Assembly: GCA_963765495.1 (NCBI GenBank)
Contig: CAVXWP010000004.1
Coordinates: 256,001 to 320,000 of the forward strand
DNA length: 64,000 nucleotides
From: Blastocatellia bacterium
GTDB taxonomy: Bacteria; Acidobacteriota; Blastocatellia; UBA7656
Direction: 5' to 3'
Shown: positions 20,862-29,787 of the stretch, piece by piece
Position numbering within the stretch: position 1 is the stretch's first letter
How the letters are laid out: each line of letters opens with the position of its first letter
Made by a program: the position numbers and the translations under genes
The notes under the pieces: model-generated
Seen by the model: the letters and a program-made list of their open reading frames with translations, nothing else
Told to the model about the DNA's origin: nothing
Databases searched by the model: none

Positions 20862-21382
20862 GCTCGGATGCTCAGGACGCGGGCATTCTTCGATTTTGGG
20901 AACGGGCCATCCCGGGAATGGACATTTCATTACAAGAGTCGGGCCGCTCTGTTTTCGCTAAGACCAGTAGTTCAAAAGTTTAGACTCTTCTCGCCCGATG
21001 GCATACCGATTGATCCAGATACCGGTTCAGGGTGTCATTTGGTTATTTCAGGGAAGATGTGTAGACTTGATTTTTAACAGCGCACATCTGAATGCGCGGG
21101 ATAATCAAGCGGACCTGCCCCGGTTACTCACGTTCTTTAGCGGTTTGCACCGTGACGCGATTACAGATTCGTTACGCAGACAGCATGGTTTTTCTGTCTT
21201 TGTTTCACAAGCGGTTGCAAAAAGTTTGGGTGAAATTTAATGAAACGGTCTCTAACCGGATGTCGTATGAGCCTGTGACCAGGAAACAGCTATTAATTTT
21301 GAAACGAGCTGTGAGCGCGGCCATTCGGGGTTCTGATAGAGTGACCGGGCAGATGTAATAATATTGCTTTGAGAGGAAGCTT

Positions 21383-23317
21383 ATGATTTCACTTTTGCAA
21401 AAGATTCAAAAGACCGGCCGCACGTTTACGGCTGTCTCAGTTGTCACATTACTCAGCGCGTCGCTACCTGTTTCGGCGTTTTCACAGGAAGGAATCGTGG
21501 CGCTCGAAAAGAGGCCAAAGCAGCAACAGTCACAGCAACCGAAGCCGCCTGACACGCCTCCCACCCCTCAGAAAGAATTACCAAAGCCAAATACTCAGGA
21601 GACCAGAGAGAAGCAGGAGCAGTTCGGTGAGACAAAGCCGCAGGAGATGACCGAACGCGAAAAGCGCAACCTCCCGGCCCCGGGCGAGAATCCGGCTCCA
21701 TCGTCTACCGAAGGAACTCAGCAACAGGAACCGACTGATGCCGGTGCACCCAACCAGATCATAGAGCCGCTTCAACTTTCGCCTGAGGTCACACATGAGC
21801 GCGTAGGCGTAAGGACGGATCAGAAGCAACTGCTCTCGCTCCAGGATGCCATCGGGATGGCTCTGCAAAACAACCTCGACATCGAAGCATATCGCCAGGG
21901 AGTGCAGATAGCGCAATATAACCTCTTTGCATCCAAAGGCGTTTACGATATCGTTTCGGGCACTGATCTCTATTATCGCAGCCAGACCTTCCCGGTAACG
22001 TCTATATTCGGCGGCGGCGATAATAGTTCGTCTGTGACTCAGAAATCACTTGTTTACAATTTCACTACTCAGCAGGATATAGAAAAGACCGGCGGTTTGT
22101 GGCAGGTTGAGCTTGACAACACCCGGTTGACCACAAGTTCCACGGCATCAACATTGCCGACTCAGTACAGCCCAACGCTGACGCTGACATTTACTCAGCC
22201 GTTGTTGCGGAATTTTTCAATAGATCAGAATCGCCGCCAGATACAGTTGGCCAAGAAATCGCTCGACCTGTCCGACAGCCAGTTCCGCCAGCGCGTGATC
22301 GAAATAATCAATTCCGTGCAGCGCGCCTACTGGGACCTTGTCTTTGCAATCCGTAACGAAGAGATTGCCCGCGATTCGGTAGAACTGACTCGCACTCAGC
22401 TTGAGAACAATCAGAAACAGGTAGAGGCGGGCACCCTCGCCCCAATCGAATTGAGATCAACCGAAGCCGCGCTTGAAGCGCGAAAGGGTGATGTGATCAT
22501 CGCTTTGCAAAATATCACAACTGCCGAAAACACTTTGAAGGGTCTGTTGATCAAAGACGCAAACGATCAGATGTGGTATTCGGAGATAGAACCGACCGAC
22601 CAGCCGCAGTTTGGACAGCCAAACTTTAATCTGGATGAAGCCACGAGGCTCGCGCTCACCAATCGCCCTGAACTTGAGCAGATGAGGCTGCAAATGCAGC
22701 AGAAGGATGTTGACATCAAGTTCTTTGAAAATCAGACAAAGCCGCAGGTGGATTTCATAGGCGTCTACGGTGACACGGGGGTCGCGGGTACGCCTTCGTC
22801 GTCATCCCTCGGGACCAATGTGCCTTCGAGGTTCCAGGGCGGTTACTTCCAGGCCCTGAACAACCTTTTCAGCCAGGACTTCCGCACATATCAGTTTGGG
22901 GTTCGCGTCAGCTTCCCGTGGCGCAACCGCACGGCAGAAGGCAATCTGGGCCGGACGCTTGCCGAAGCCAGACAACTCGATGCCCGACAACGTCAGTTGG
23001 TTCAATCAGTCCAGATCGACGTAAGAAATGCGCTCCAGGCAGTCGAGGCTACCCGACAGCGTTTCGAAGCGGCCCGGGCGGCACGAGTAGCTGCCGAGGC
23101 TCAGTTGAAGGGTGAAGAAGAGAAGTTCCGCGCCGGTCTTTCGACCAACTTCTTTGTCTTACAACGTCAAAACGATCTGGCCGTAGCTCGTGGTACAGAA
23201 GTTCGGGCGCTCACAGACTACAATAAAGCTCTAGCCGATCTGCAAAGAGTCACGGGTATGACGCTTGTGAGCAATAACGTACAGGTTACGGCCCTGCCGG
23301 GCGGCAGCACCAAGTAA
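21383..23317 (+). CDS. TolC family outer membrane protein with a Pro/Gln-rich N-terminal extension
   Basis: LSLQDAIGMALQNNLDI, FTQPLLR, AYWDLVFA, ALTNRPEL and GLSTNFFVLQRQNDL. Confidence 0.92.
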   Translation: MISLLQKIQKTGRTFTAVSVVTLLSASLPVSAFSQEGIVALEKRPKQQQSQQPKPPDTPPTPQKELPKPNTQETREKQEQFGETKPQEMTEREKRNLPAPGENPAPSSTEGTQQQEPTDAGAPNQIIEPLQLSPEVTHERVGVRTDQKQLLSLQDAIGMALQNNLDIEAYRQGVQIAQYNLFASKGVYDIVSGTDLYYRSQTFPVTSIFGGGDNSSSVTQKSLVYNFTTQQDIEKTGGLWQVELDNTRLTTSSTASTLPTQYSPTLTLTFTQPLLRNFSIDQNRRQIQLAKKSLDLSDSQFRQRVIEIINSVQRAYWDLVFAIRNEEIARDSVELTRTQLENNQKQVEAGTLAPIELRSTEAALEARKGDVIIALQNITTAENTLKGLLIKDANDQMWYSEIEPTDQPQFGQPNFNLDEATRLALTNRPELEQMRLQMQQKDVDIKFFENQTKPQVDFIGVYGDTGVAGTPSSSSLGTNVPSRFQGGYFQALNNLFSQDFRTYQFGVRVSFPWRNRTAEGNLGRTLAEARQLDARQRQLVQSVQIDVRNALQAVEATRQRFEAARAARVAAEAQLKGEEEKFRAGLSTNFFVLQRQNDLAVARGTEVRALTDYNKALADLQRVTGMTLVSNNVQVTALPGGSTK

Positions 23318-23349
23318 GCTTCGATCAGAAACATTCTCCTCTCAAAGAA

Positions 23350-23379
23350 GGCGGCCCACGCGAGGCCGCCATTTTTTTT
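23350..23379 (+). terminator. Intrinsic terminator
   Basis: GGCGGCC..GGCCGCC followed by T8. Confidence 0.85.
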
Positions 23380-23515
23380 GCTCTTAAAATTTACTTAAAG
23401 CTACACCACTGGCGCGGACAATCCGACCTCAAAACATTGATGCCCGATTGCGGGTTCTTGATACTTTTAGTGAGGAGTCTTTCGACAGGCTCAGGCTGAG
23501 TTAACAACTGATCAT

Positions 23516-23830
23516 TTAGCCCACAAGGCTATTGATCTGGTCCCGGTCAGATGTCGATATATCGTTGAAATCGACGCCAAAACCGACTTTGAATTGATGG
23601 AAGCGGACTACGCCGCCTGTGCATACCTGATGTCCATTCGGAAGGCGAAAGCGAAGCGTTACTCTGGTACCGGTTATCGTAGGCACGAAACTTTCGATAA
23701 ACGCGCCGCGAGGATTGAGGTCGAGTATTCTACAATCACGACCCTTTCCTTCTACCTCGCAGTGTGCGTGCAAAAGGCTCCTGGTTTCTGCCCCGTGGTC
23801 TATTGTTTTGCATACCCCAACAGCACTCAT
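23516..23830 (-). CDS. Stand-alone PilZ domain protein
   Basis: ILDLNPRGAFI, LRFRLP and GFGVDF; AAGGAG RBS before ATG 23830. Confidence 0.82.
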   Translation of the reverse strand: MSAVGVCKTIDHGAETRSLLHAHCEVEGKGRDCRILDLNPRGAFIESFVPTITGTRVTLRFRLPNGHQVCTGGVVRFHQFKVGFGVDFNDISTSDRDQINSLVG

Positions 23831-23961
23831 ACCCTGAATCTCCTTTTTCACAGTCTATTTGATTTCTATTAACTTGCCTGATCAGTAGAAAGCCTAAAAG
23901 CATACAACAGTCCCCTATGATTTACAATAAAAATCCTGAACAGCGTCGCGGCTCGATTCTC

Positions 23962-24201
23962 TTATTCGCGATTTTCATTGCTTGTGGCTTCGGCGACTCG
24001 ATCAATGACCTCGCCTTCGTTCTCTCTGTAGCTCGATTGGTTCGCCAAATCATTCACATCAAGCCCGGTCGGTTTGAGTACTCTATCGGCCCCTTCCCTC
24101 CCAACTTCGGTCTCCTGTTTTAGCTTCTCTATGCGCATAGTCTTGTTTGAAGACGATGTCTGCACATGCTTGTCATCCCCGGGATTATTTCGATTATTCA
24201 T
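23962..24201 (-). CDS. Small hydrophilic hypothetical protein (79 aa)
   Basis: GAGG RBS; consensus sigma54 promoter about 45 nt upstream. Confidence 0.65.
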   Translation of the reverse strand: MNNRNNPGDDKHVQTSSSNKTMRIEKLKQETEVGREGADRVLKPTGLDVNDLANQSSYRENEGEVIDRVAEATSNENRE

Positions 24202-24246
24202 ACTCTCGATCCTCTCAAATAGAACAAACTTCCAGTAATATCAGGC

Positions 24247-24262
24247 TGCAATGACTATGCCA
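24247..24262 (-). promoter_or_regulatory. Sigma54 (-24/-12) promoter
   Basis: TGGCATAGTCATTGCA on the minus strand (GG-N10-GC). Confidence 0.8.
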
Positions 24263-24460
24263 TTCGCTGAGAAGCTATAGAGTGTCGCAAGTGAAAATCC
24301 ACGCGGCGTTTGTACCGATTTCTACCATTTTCAGATGGAAAGAAGTACACACCACTATTGAGATGAATCAAAGAACAGAGGGAATTAATACCAAATCTCT
24401 TCAGTATAGAGACGATAAAGATCACATAGCCCCATAATTTGAGTGGAAGGCTTGTCTTTA

Positions 24461-24570
24461 TAGGCCGCGGATGACGCGGATCTGACCCTATAAAACCAAA
24501 TCCGCGAAAATCTGCCGCATCCGCGTCATCCGCGGCCTATTTCAAGTATTCTAACCTGCATGTTGAAAAT
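24461..24570. repeat. Partial, inverted copy of the 2066 MITE/REP family
   Basis: TAGGCCGCGGATGACGCGGAT..ATCCGCGTCATCCGCGGCCTA. The right flank reverse-complements to TTTTCAACATGCAG.., like the MITE left arm. Confidence 0.8.
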
Positions 24571-24737
24571 CATTATGATTCTACGAATTCGATTGCCAAA
24601 CGTCATCATCTGAAAAGCGTTGATATAGATCAACTCTTTTGTCATGCGTGGAGGCTCCTGTATAATTTGTCTCGCACAGACAGAATTAATCTCGAAGCGA
24701 AATCTGCAAACCCTTAAAGTGATCGAGGTAAAGTTTT

Positions 24738-25250
24738 ATGCCTTCCAAAGATATTTTACAGTTGGGCAATCCGCTGCTCTGGGAAAAATGTGCGCGTGTC
24801 GCAGAGCCTTCTGACAACGAGACTCTATCGCTCATACGCGACTTGAGCGACACGCTCGCCGAATTCCGCCGCGCCACGGGCTTTGGCCGGGGGATAGCCG
24901 CCCCGCAGATAGGCTCGCTCAAGCGGGTGATCTTTATACGCATGCAGACGGAGGGTTTTTCCAGCCCGCTCATCAACCCGGAAATTATCTGGGCAAGCGA
25001 TCAGAGGATGGAGCTCTGGGATGATTGCTTTAGCTTTCCTGACCTGATGGTGCGAGTGTCGAGAGCCGTCGAGGTTAAGGTCTCCTTTCAAGACGAGCGC
25101 GGTCAGGATCGCATAGTCGAAGCCAGAGGCGATCTGTCGGAATTATTACAACACGAGATTGATCATCTTGACGGGGTGCTTGCTCTTGACCGAGCCGTTT
25201 CGCCCCGGGCGCTTTCAACACGCGCCGAGTGGGAACGGATGCAGAGATAG
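24738..25250 (+). CDS. def: Peptide deformylase (divergent motif 2)
   Basis: GRGIAAPQIG, DDCFS in place of EGCLS, and QHEIDHLDG. Confidence 0.9.
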   Translation: MPSKDILQLGNPLLWEKCARVAEPSDNETLSLIRDLSDTLAEFRRATGFGRGIAAPQIGSLKRVIFIRMQTEGFSSPLINPEIIWASDQRMELWDDCFSFPDLMVRVSRAVEVKVSFQDERGQDRIVEARGDLSELLQHEIDHLDGVLALDRAVSPRALSTRAEWERMQR

Positions 25251-25593
25251 CGATTTCAATAAAAAATTGCCGGGGATGTATTTTTTTCATCTCCCGGCCC
25301 TCTATTACCCGAGCCGAGCAGCCCTCACCTATATTGACTTTTAGCATATTCAATACTGGCTTTTGTGCAGCCTTCAGGCGCAAATAGCAGACCTGCTCTT
25401 CGAGGAGTGGCTGCCGAGGCTGTAATAAATGCAATAAATGATCTGAAATTTTCAGACTTTCAGCCGCTTTCAAACGTCTGAAAGTGCGTGAGACAGTAGA
25501 ATCCTCTCGCCTCTCTTATTCAGGCTTGATGCGCGAGGATGAAGTCTCAGGCTGCCGTGAGGCCGCCGGTCAACTCAAGGAGGAGAGTAACCC

Positions 25594-27039
25594 ATGGCAA
25601 GTATCACTTACGACGAAGCCGCTCACCTGCTCAGGAGGATGGCTTTCGGAGGAAGTCCCGATGAGATCAACGACCTCGCCGGGCGCGGGCGCGAAGGAGC
25701 CGTTGATTTCCTGATCAACTACGACAAGATTGACAACAAAGCGATGGAAGACCTGCTCGAACAGAGCTTTGACTTCTCTGACCCAAGGGACAATACCAGA
25801 TTCAATCAGGCGATGATCCGCCGATGGTGGTTCACCCGGATGGTTACGTCTCGCCGACAGTTTGAAGAGAAGATGACCCTCTTCTGGCACAACCACTTTG
25901 CTACGGCCCTCTCAAAAGTTCAGGACATCTATATGTTTGTTCAGAACAACACGCTGCGCGACAAAGCACTGGGCAGATTCGACGACCTGTTGCTTGCCGT
26001 GGCGCAGGATGCAGCCATGCTGATCTGGCTCGACGGCATAACGAACGTACTCGGCAGCCCCAACGAAAACTGGGCGCGCGAGCTTCAAGAACTCTTCACC
26101 ATGGGCATCACCGATTTGGTGACGGGCGAGCCGAATTACACCGAGCAGGATGTTAAAGAGATCGCTCGCGCCTTTACCGGGTGGAAGTTCAACTTTAACC
26201 GCCGAGGCAGCGATCCATTCGATATAACTTTCTTCATCAACGCCGCTCAACACGACAACACATCCAAGACCATATACGGGCAGACGCTCAATTTCACCGG
26301 AGAAGACGTGATAACGGTGATCTCTGCGCGACAGGCGACGGCGCGATTCCTCGTAAGTGAGTTTTTCGAGTTTTTCGTCTATCCCCTCACCTCGAGTTCA
26401 GGCGACAAGAAGACCATAGATAAATTCGCAAGCGTGTATCTGTCGAGCAATCACTCGATAAAGGAGCTTGCGCGGGCCGTATTCGTCTCTGATGAATTTT
26501 TCAGCGACCGCGCGCGATTTACCCTCGTCAAACAGCCCTCGGAACTGGTTGTAGGAGCGATTCGCATGCTCGGCGCTACCTATAACCCGGGAGAGTCCGA
26601 CAGGCGCGGAGGTGGCGGCAATCTCCTTTTCGGCGAATCGGCTCTGATGGGACAGGATATGTTCAATCCGCCGGATGTGAATGGGTGGGATTTGAATTTA
26701 GCCTGGATCAACACCTCGGCGATGCTCGAACGGTTCAACTACACAAACACGCTTGTGACCGCGCGCACAAACAGACCCGACAATCCCGGCCTGTTTGTAG
26801 AGACATCTCAACTGGCGAAGTACACAAAGTCTACGGCCAAAGCGACGACCAAGAAATTCCTAAACCTGCTCGGCCCCTTGAAGATAGATAAGAAGACCAG
26901 AAAGACGCTTCAGAATTATCTCAGCACCGACAATCAGGGCAACAAGGTGAGCTTTGAAAACAACGACGCGACGATTGACACAAAGGTGCGAGGACTGGTC
27001 CACCAAATTATGTGCCTGCCGGAGTTTCAACTAAACTAG
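25594..27039 (+). CDS. DUF1800 family protein
   Basis: HLLRRMAFG, EKMTLFWHNHFAT, NENWARELQELFTMG and PPDVNGW. Confidence 0.93.
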   Translation: MASITYDEAAHLLRRMAFGGSPDEINDLAGRGREGAVDFLINYDKIDNKAMEDLLEQSFDFSDPRDNTRFNQAMIRRWWFTRMVTSRRQFEEKMTLFWHNHFATALSKVQDIYMFVQNNTLRDKALGRFDDLLLAVAQDAAMLIWLDGITNVLGSPNENWARELQELFTMGITDLVTGEPNYTEQDVKEIARAFTGWKFNFNRRGSDPFDITFFINAAQHDNTSKTIYGQTLNFTGEDVITVISARQATARFLVSEFFEFFVYPLTSSSGDKKTIDKFASVYLSSNHSIKELARAVFVSDEFFSDRARFTLVKQPSELVVGAIRMLGATYNPGESDRRGGGGNLLFGESALMGQDMFNPPDVNGWDLNLAWINTSAMLERFNYTNTLVTARTNRPDNPGLFVETSQLAKYTKSTAKATTKKFLNLLGPLKIDKKTRKTLQNYLSTDNQGNKVSFENNDATIDTKVRGLVHQIMCLPEFQLN

Positions 27040-27049
27040 GAGGAAAGAT

Positions 27050-28354
27050 ATGCCAACCAGAAGAGAGTTCATAAAGCTTAGCGCGGGGATGGTATCCGTA
27101 GGCATGGTCATGCCAAAACTCTGGCTGACGGAAGCGCGCGCCGAGGGGCCGATAGATTCACAGGGACGCAGGATATTTGTCGTCATTCAACTGGCGGGCG
27201 GCAATGACGGGCTGAACATGCTTGTGCCTTACAGCGATCTCCGGTACGCGAGCCTGCGCCCAAATCTTTCCTTCAAAGACTCCGAGCTAAAAGACGCTCA
27301 GGGGCGTTCGACCATCCTCGACAATCAATTTGGTCTTCATCCTTCGATGAGTGAGATCAAAGACCTTTACGACGCGGGCAAAGTCGCCGTAGTGCGCGGC
27401 GTGGGCTATCCTTCGCCCAATCTGTCGCATTTCCTATCGCAGGACATCTGGCATACGGCCGACCTTACGGGGCTCCAGGGCGACGGATGGCTCGGCAAAT
27501 ACGCCGACCTCGCCCTTGTGGGGAAGCCCGGTCTTCCCGCCGTATCAATCGGCGGGTCGCTGCCAAAGAGCCTGTTTGCCGAGGATTTCGTAGTGCCGAG
27601 CGTTTCAAGCTTTGACGCCTATACATTCCAGACCGACCCCAGAAATACGGGTGACCGCAACAATCAGCTAAACACGTTCAATACAAATTATGGTCGCGCC
27701 TTTCCCGAAGAAAGCTTCCTGAAAGAGATAACCGCGACGGGGCGTGACGCGCTTGCAGGCGCGCAGGAGATTCAATCGTCCGTGGCAAGTTACAGTTCGA
27801 GTGTTGTATACCCTGTCGGCACTCAGGGCAATCAGAACAAGCTCGCTTCGGCATTGCAGATGGTAGCGCAGGTGGCCACGACAATCCCTGAGGCCGAACT
27901 CTTTTACGTGCAGATGGGCGGCTTCGATCATCACTCGCAAGAGATAGGCAGTCAGGAAAACCCCGGGGATAAGACCGTAGGCCAGCACGCTACGTTGCTG
28001 AAATATTTCTCCGAAGCGGTCAAGGCGTTTTATGACGACCTGGCCGAGCACGGGCTGGCCCAGAACGCGGTCATGATGCAGTGGTCGGAATTTGGCCGTC
28101 GTCCGAATGAGAATGCTTCTTTCGGGACCGATCACGGCACGGCCTCGCCCATGATCGTCATCGGCGATCCGGTAAAGGGCGGCCTTTACGGCGAGCAGCC
28201 CTCGCTTGCGGCGACTTCGCTCGATCAGGCGGGAAATATGGTCTTCGCTGTGGACTTTCGCGAAGTTTATGCGACAATCCTCGATAAGTGGCTTGGCGTA
28301 GACTCGAAGACGGTGCTCGGCTCGCAGTATCCGAACGTGGGGTTTCTGGGCTAA
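27050..28354 (+). CDS. DUF1501 family protein with Tat signal
   Basis: TRREFIK, LAGGNDGLN, FGLHP, SHF, GGFDHH, SEFGRR and GTDHG. Confidence 0.93.
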   Translation: MPTRREFIKLSAGMVSVGMVMPKLWLTEARAEGPIDSQGRRIFVVIQLAGGNDGLNMLVPYSDLRYASLRPNLSFKDSELKDAQGRSTILDNQFGLHPSMSEIKDLYDAGKVAVVRGVGYPSPNLSHFLSQDIWHTADLTGLQGDGWLGKYADLALVGKPGLPAVSIGGSLPKSLFAEDFVVPSVSSFDAYTFQTDPRNTGDRNNQLNTFNTNYGRAFPEESFLKEITATGRDALAGAQEIQSSVASYSSSVVYPVGTQGNQNKLASALQMVAQVATTIPEAELFYVQMGGFDHHSQEIGSQENPGDKTVGQHATLLKYFSEAVKAFYDDLAEHGLAQNAVMMQWSEFGRRPNENASFGTDHGTASPMIVIGDPVKGGLYGEQPSLAATSLDQAGNMVFAVDFREVYATILDKWLGVDSKTVLGSQYPNVGFLG

Positions 28355-28387
28355 TTTGCTTTTTGAGACGGAACGAAAGGGAGAAAG

Positions 28388-29530
28388 ATGTTCAGCTTCA
28401 GGATCAGGCGAAAGCTTCAGGCGGTCATATTTATTCTGATCTCGGCGGCGGTCGCCTACGGATATGTGACCGGGCCTGATGCGCGCTACACGGGCGCTCC
28501 GGGCGACATAGGCAGTTGCGTTCAGTGCCACGATACCTTCCACGAAGCCAATATGGGGCCGGGCAGCGTCACCATCAGCGGCAACCCGGCTGTCTACGAG
28601 CCTGACATGCAATACGTTATAAACGTAACCGTGCAGCAGCCAAACCGTCAGCGTTACGGATTTCAACTGACCGCCATAGACAAAGACGGCAATCGGATAG
28701 GGACGCTTTCCTCGATTGATAACTTCACGCAGGTTCACGCGATGACAGGCGCTGGCGGCAGGCAATACATCGAGCACACGCAAGCCGGGACAGTCCCGTT
28801 AGTGTCGGGCAGCCGCACCTTTCAGATTCGCTGGACCGCCCCTGATACGGATAAAGGCTATGTGAAATTCTTTTTCGCGGGCAACGCCGCCAACGGAGAC
28901 GGCACCAATCAGAACGATTACATCTATACAAACAGCGCTCTGACCGACTCTCCGACCACGGTAGTAAACGTCTCGCTGCTTACGAACCCGGCCGGGTTGA
29001 ATTTCGAGCCGGGAGCGAAATTCGTCATCGACTGGACCGCAACGAATCATTCGAATGTTGAGAGCTACGAGGTCCGTTATTCCACCGATGACGGGGCGAC
29101 TTTCCCGATCACAAACCTGATTTTCTCGACTACAAACCCGGATCAAACATCTGTCGAATGGACCGTCCCCGATGTATCGACCAATCAGGCGCGCATACGT
29201 GTACTTGCGGCCACGAAAGCGGGTGCAGCGGTTGAGATCAAGAGCGGGCAGTTTGCGATAAACGGAACCGCGAGCGGTACGCTTCCGACGATCATCAGCG
29301 TAAAGCAGAAGGGGAAAAAACTTATCATCACGGGCGCAAACTTTCAGCAGGGCGCAAAGGTCGAGATGGACGACGTGGATCAGAAGACCAAGAACGCAAT
29401 GGATTTCTCGCACGTGCTTAAATGCAAGAATGCGGGGCTGAGCATAAATCCCGGCGATACGGTCACGCTCGTCGTGAGAAATCCCGACGAGACAAAATCT
29501 GCGCCGTTCACGTTCACGCGTCCGCTTTAG
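28388..29530 (+). CDS. Secreted Reeler/choice-of-anchor V-like protein with CxxCH and Ig-like C-terminal domains
   Basis: TGAPGD..SCVQCH, GFQLTA, WTAP and GNAANGDG; IPT/TIG-like C-terminus. Confidence 0.8.
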   Translation: MFSFRIRRKLQAVIFILISAAVAYGYVTGPDARYTGAPGDIGSCVQCHDTFHEANMGPGSVTISGNPAVYEPDMQYVINVTVQQPNRQRYGFQLTAIDKDGNRIGTLSSIDNFTQVHAMTGAGGRQYIEHTQAGTVPLVSGSRTFQIRWTAPDTDKGYVKFFFAGNAANGDGTNQNDYIYTNSALTDSPTTVVNVSLLTNPAGLNFEPGAKFVIDWTATNHSNVESYEVRYSTDDGATFPITNLIFSTTNPDQTSVEWTVPDVSTNQARIRVLAATKAGAAVEIKSGQFAINGTASGTLPTIISVKQKGKKLIITGANFQQGAKVEMDDVDQKTKNAMDFSHVLKCKNAGLSINPGDTVTLVVRNPDETKSAPFTFTRPL

Positions 29531-29631
29531 TTATCACAGAGTGTTTCACCTTTAATCCTCCATTACCCTACTCCGGGCCGGCAACGCTTACGAGCATCCG
29601 GCCCAAATTTTTCTGTTCCGCGCGAAAATTT

Positions 29632-29699
29632 GCCACAGAGACACAAAGACACAGAGTATTTTCATAATCTTGTCTCTGTGTCTGCGGTGCCTCTGTGGC
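29632..29699. repeat. Octamer-armed palindrome (ACACAGAG family)
   Basis: GCCACAGAGACACAAAGACACAGAG ... CTCTGTGTCTGCGGTGCCTCTGTGGC. Confidence 0.85.
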
Positions 29700-29787
29700 T
29701 ATTCTGATTTCACAAATTTTGTTTGAGGTTGAGCCGAAAAGATACTAGCATTACACCATCTCGCGCCGAGATTGAGGTTCGCAGCCC

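Noticed and set aside
21280-21293. CAGGAAACAGCTAT, matching 14 nt of the M13 reverse primer site
   Set aside because: No flanking lac or vector sequence; most likely chance.
25367-25423. Stem-loop with GGCGCAAA upstream of DUF1800, reminiscent of a c-di-GMP-I riboswitch
   Set aside because: The GGCAAA plus GNRA-capped P2 stem is missing, so the call cannot be supported without a covariance search.
27668-28783. 371 aa minus-strand ORF
   Set aside because: Antisense to well-supported DUF1501 and Reeler genes, with no recognisable motifs.
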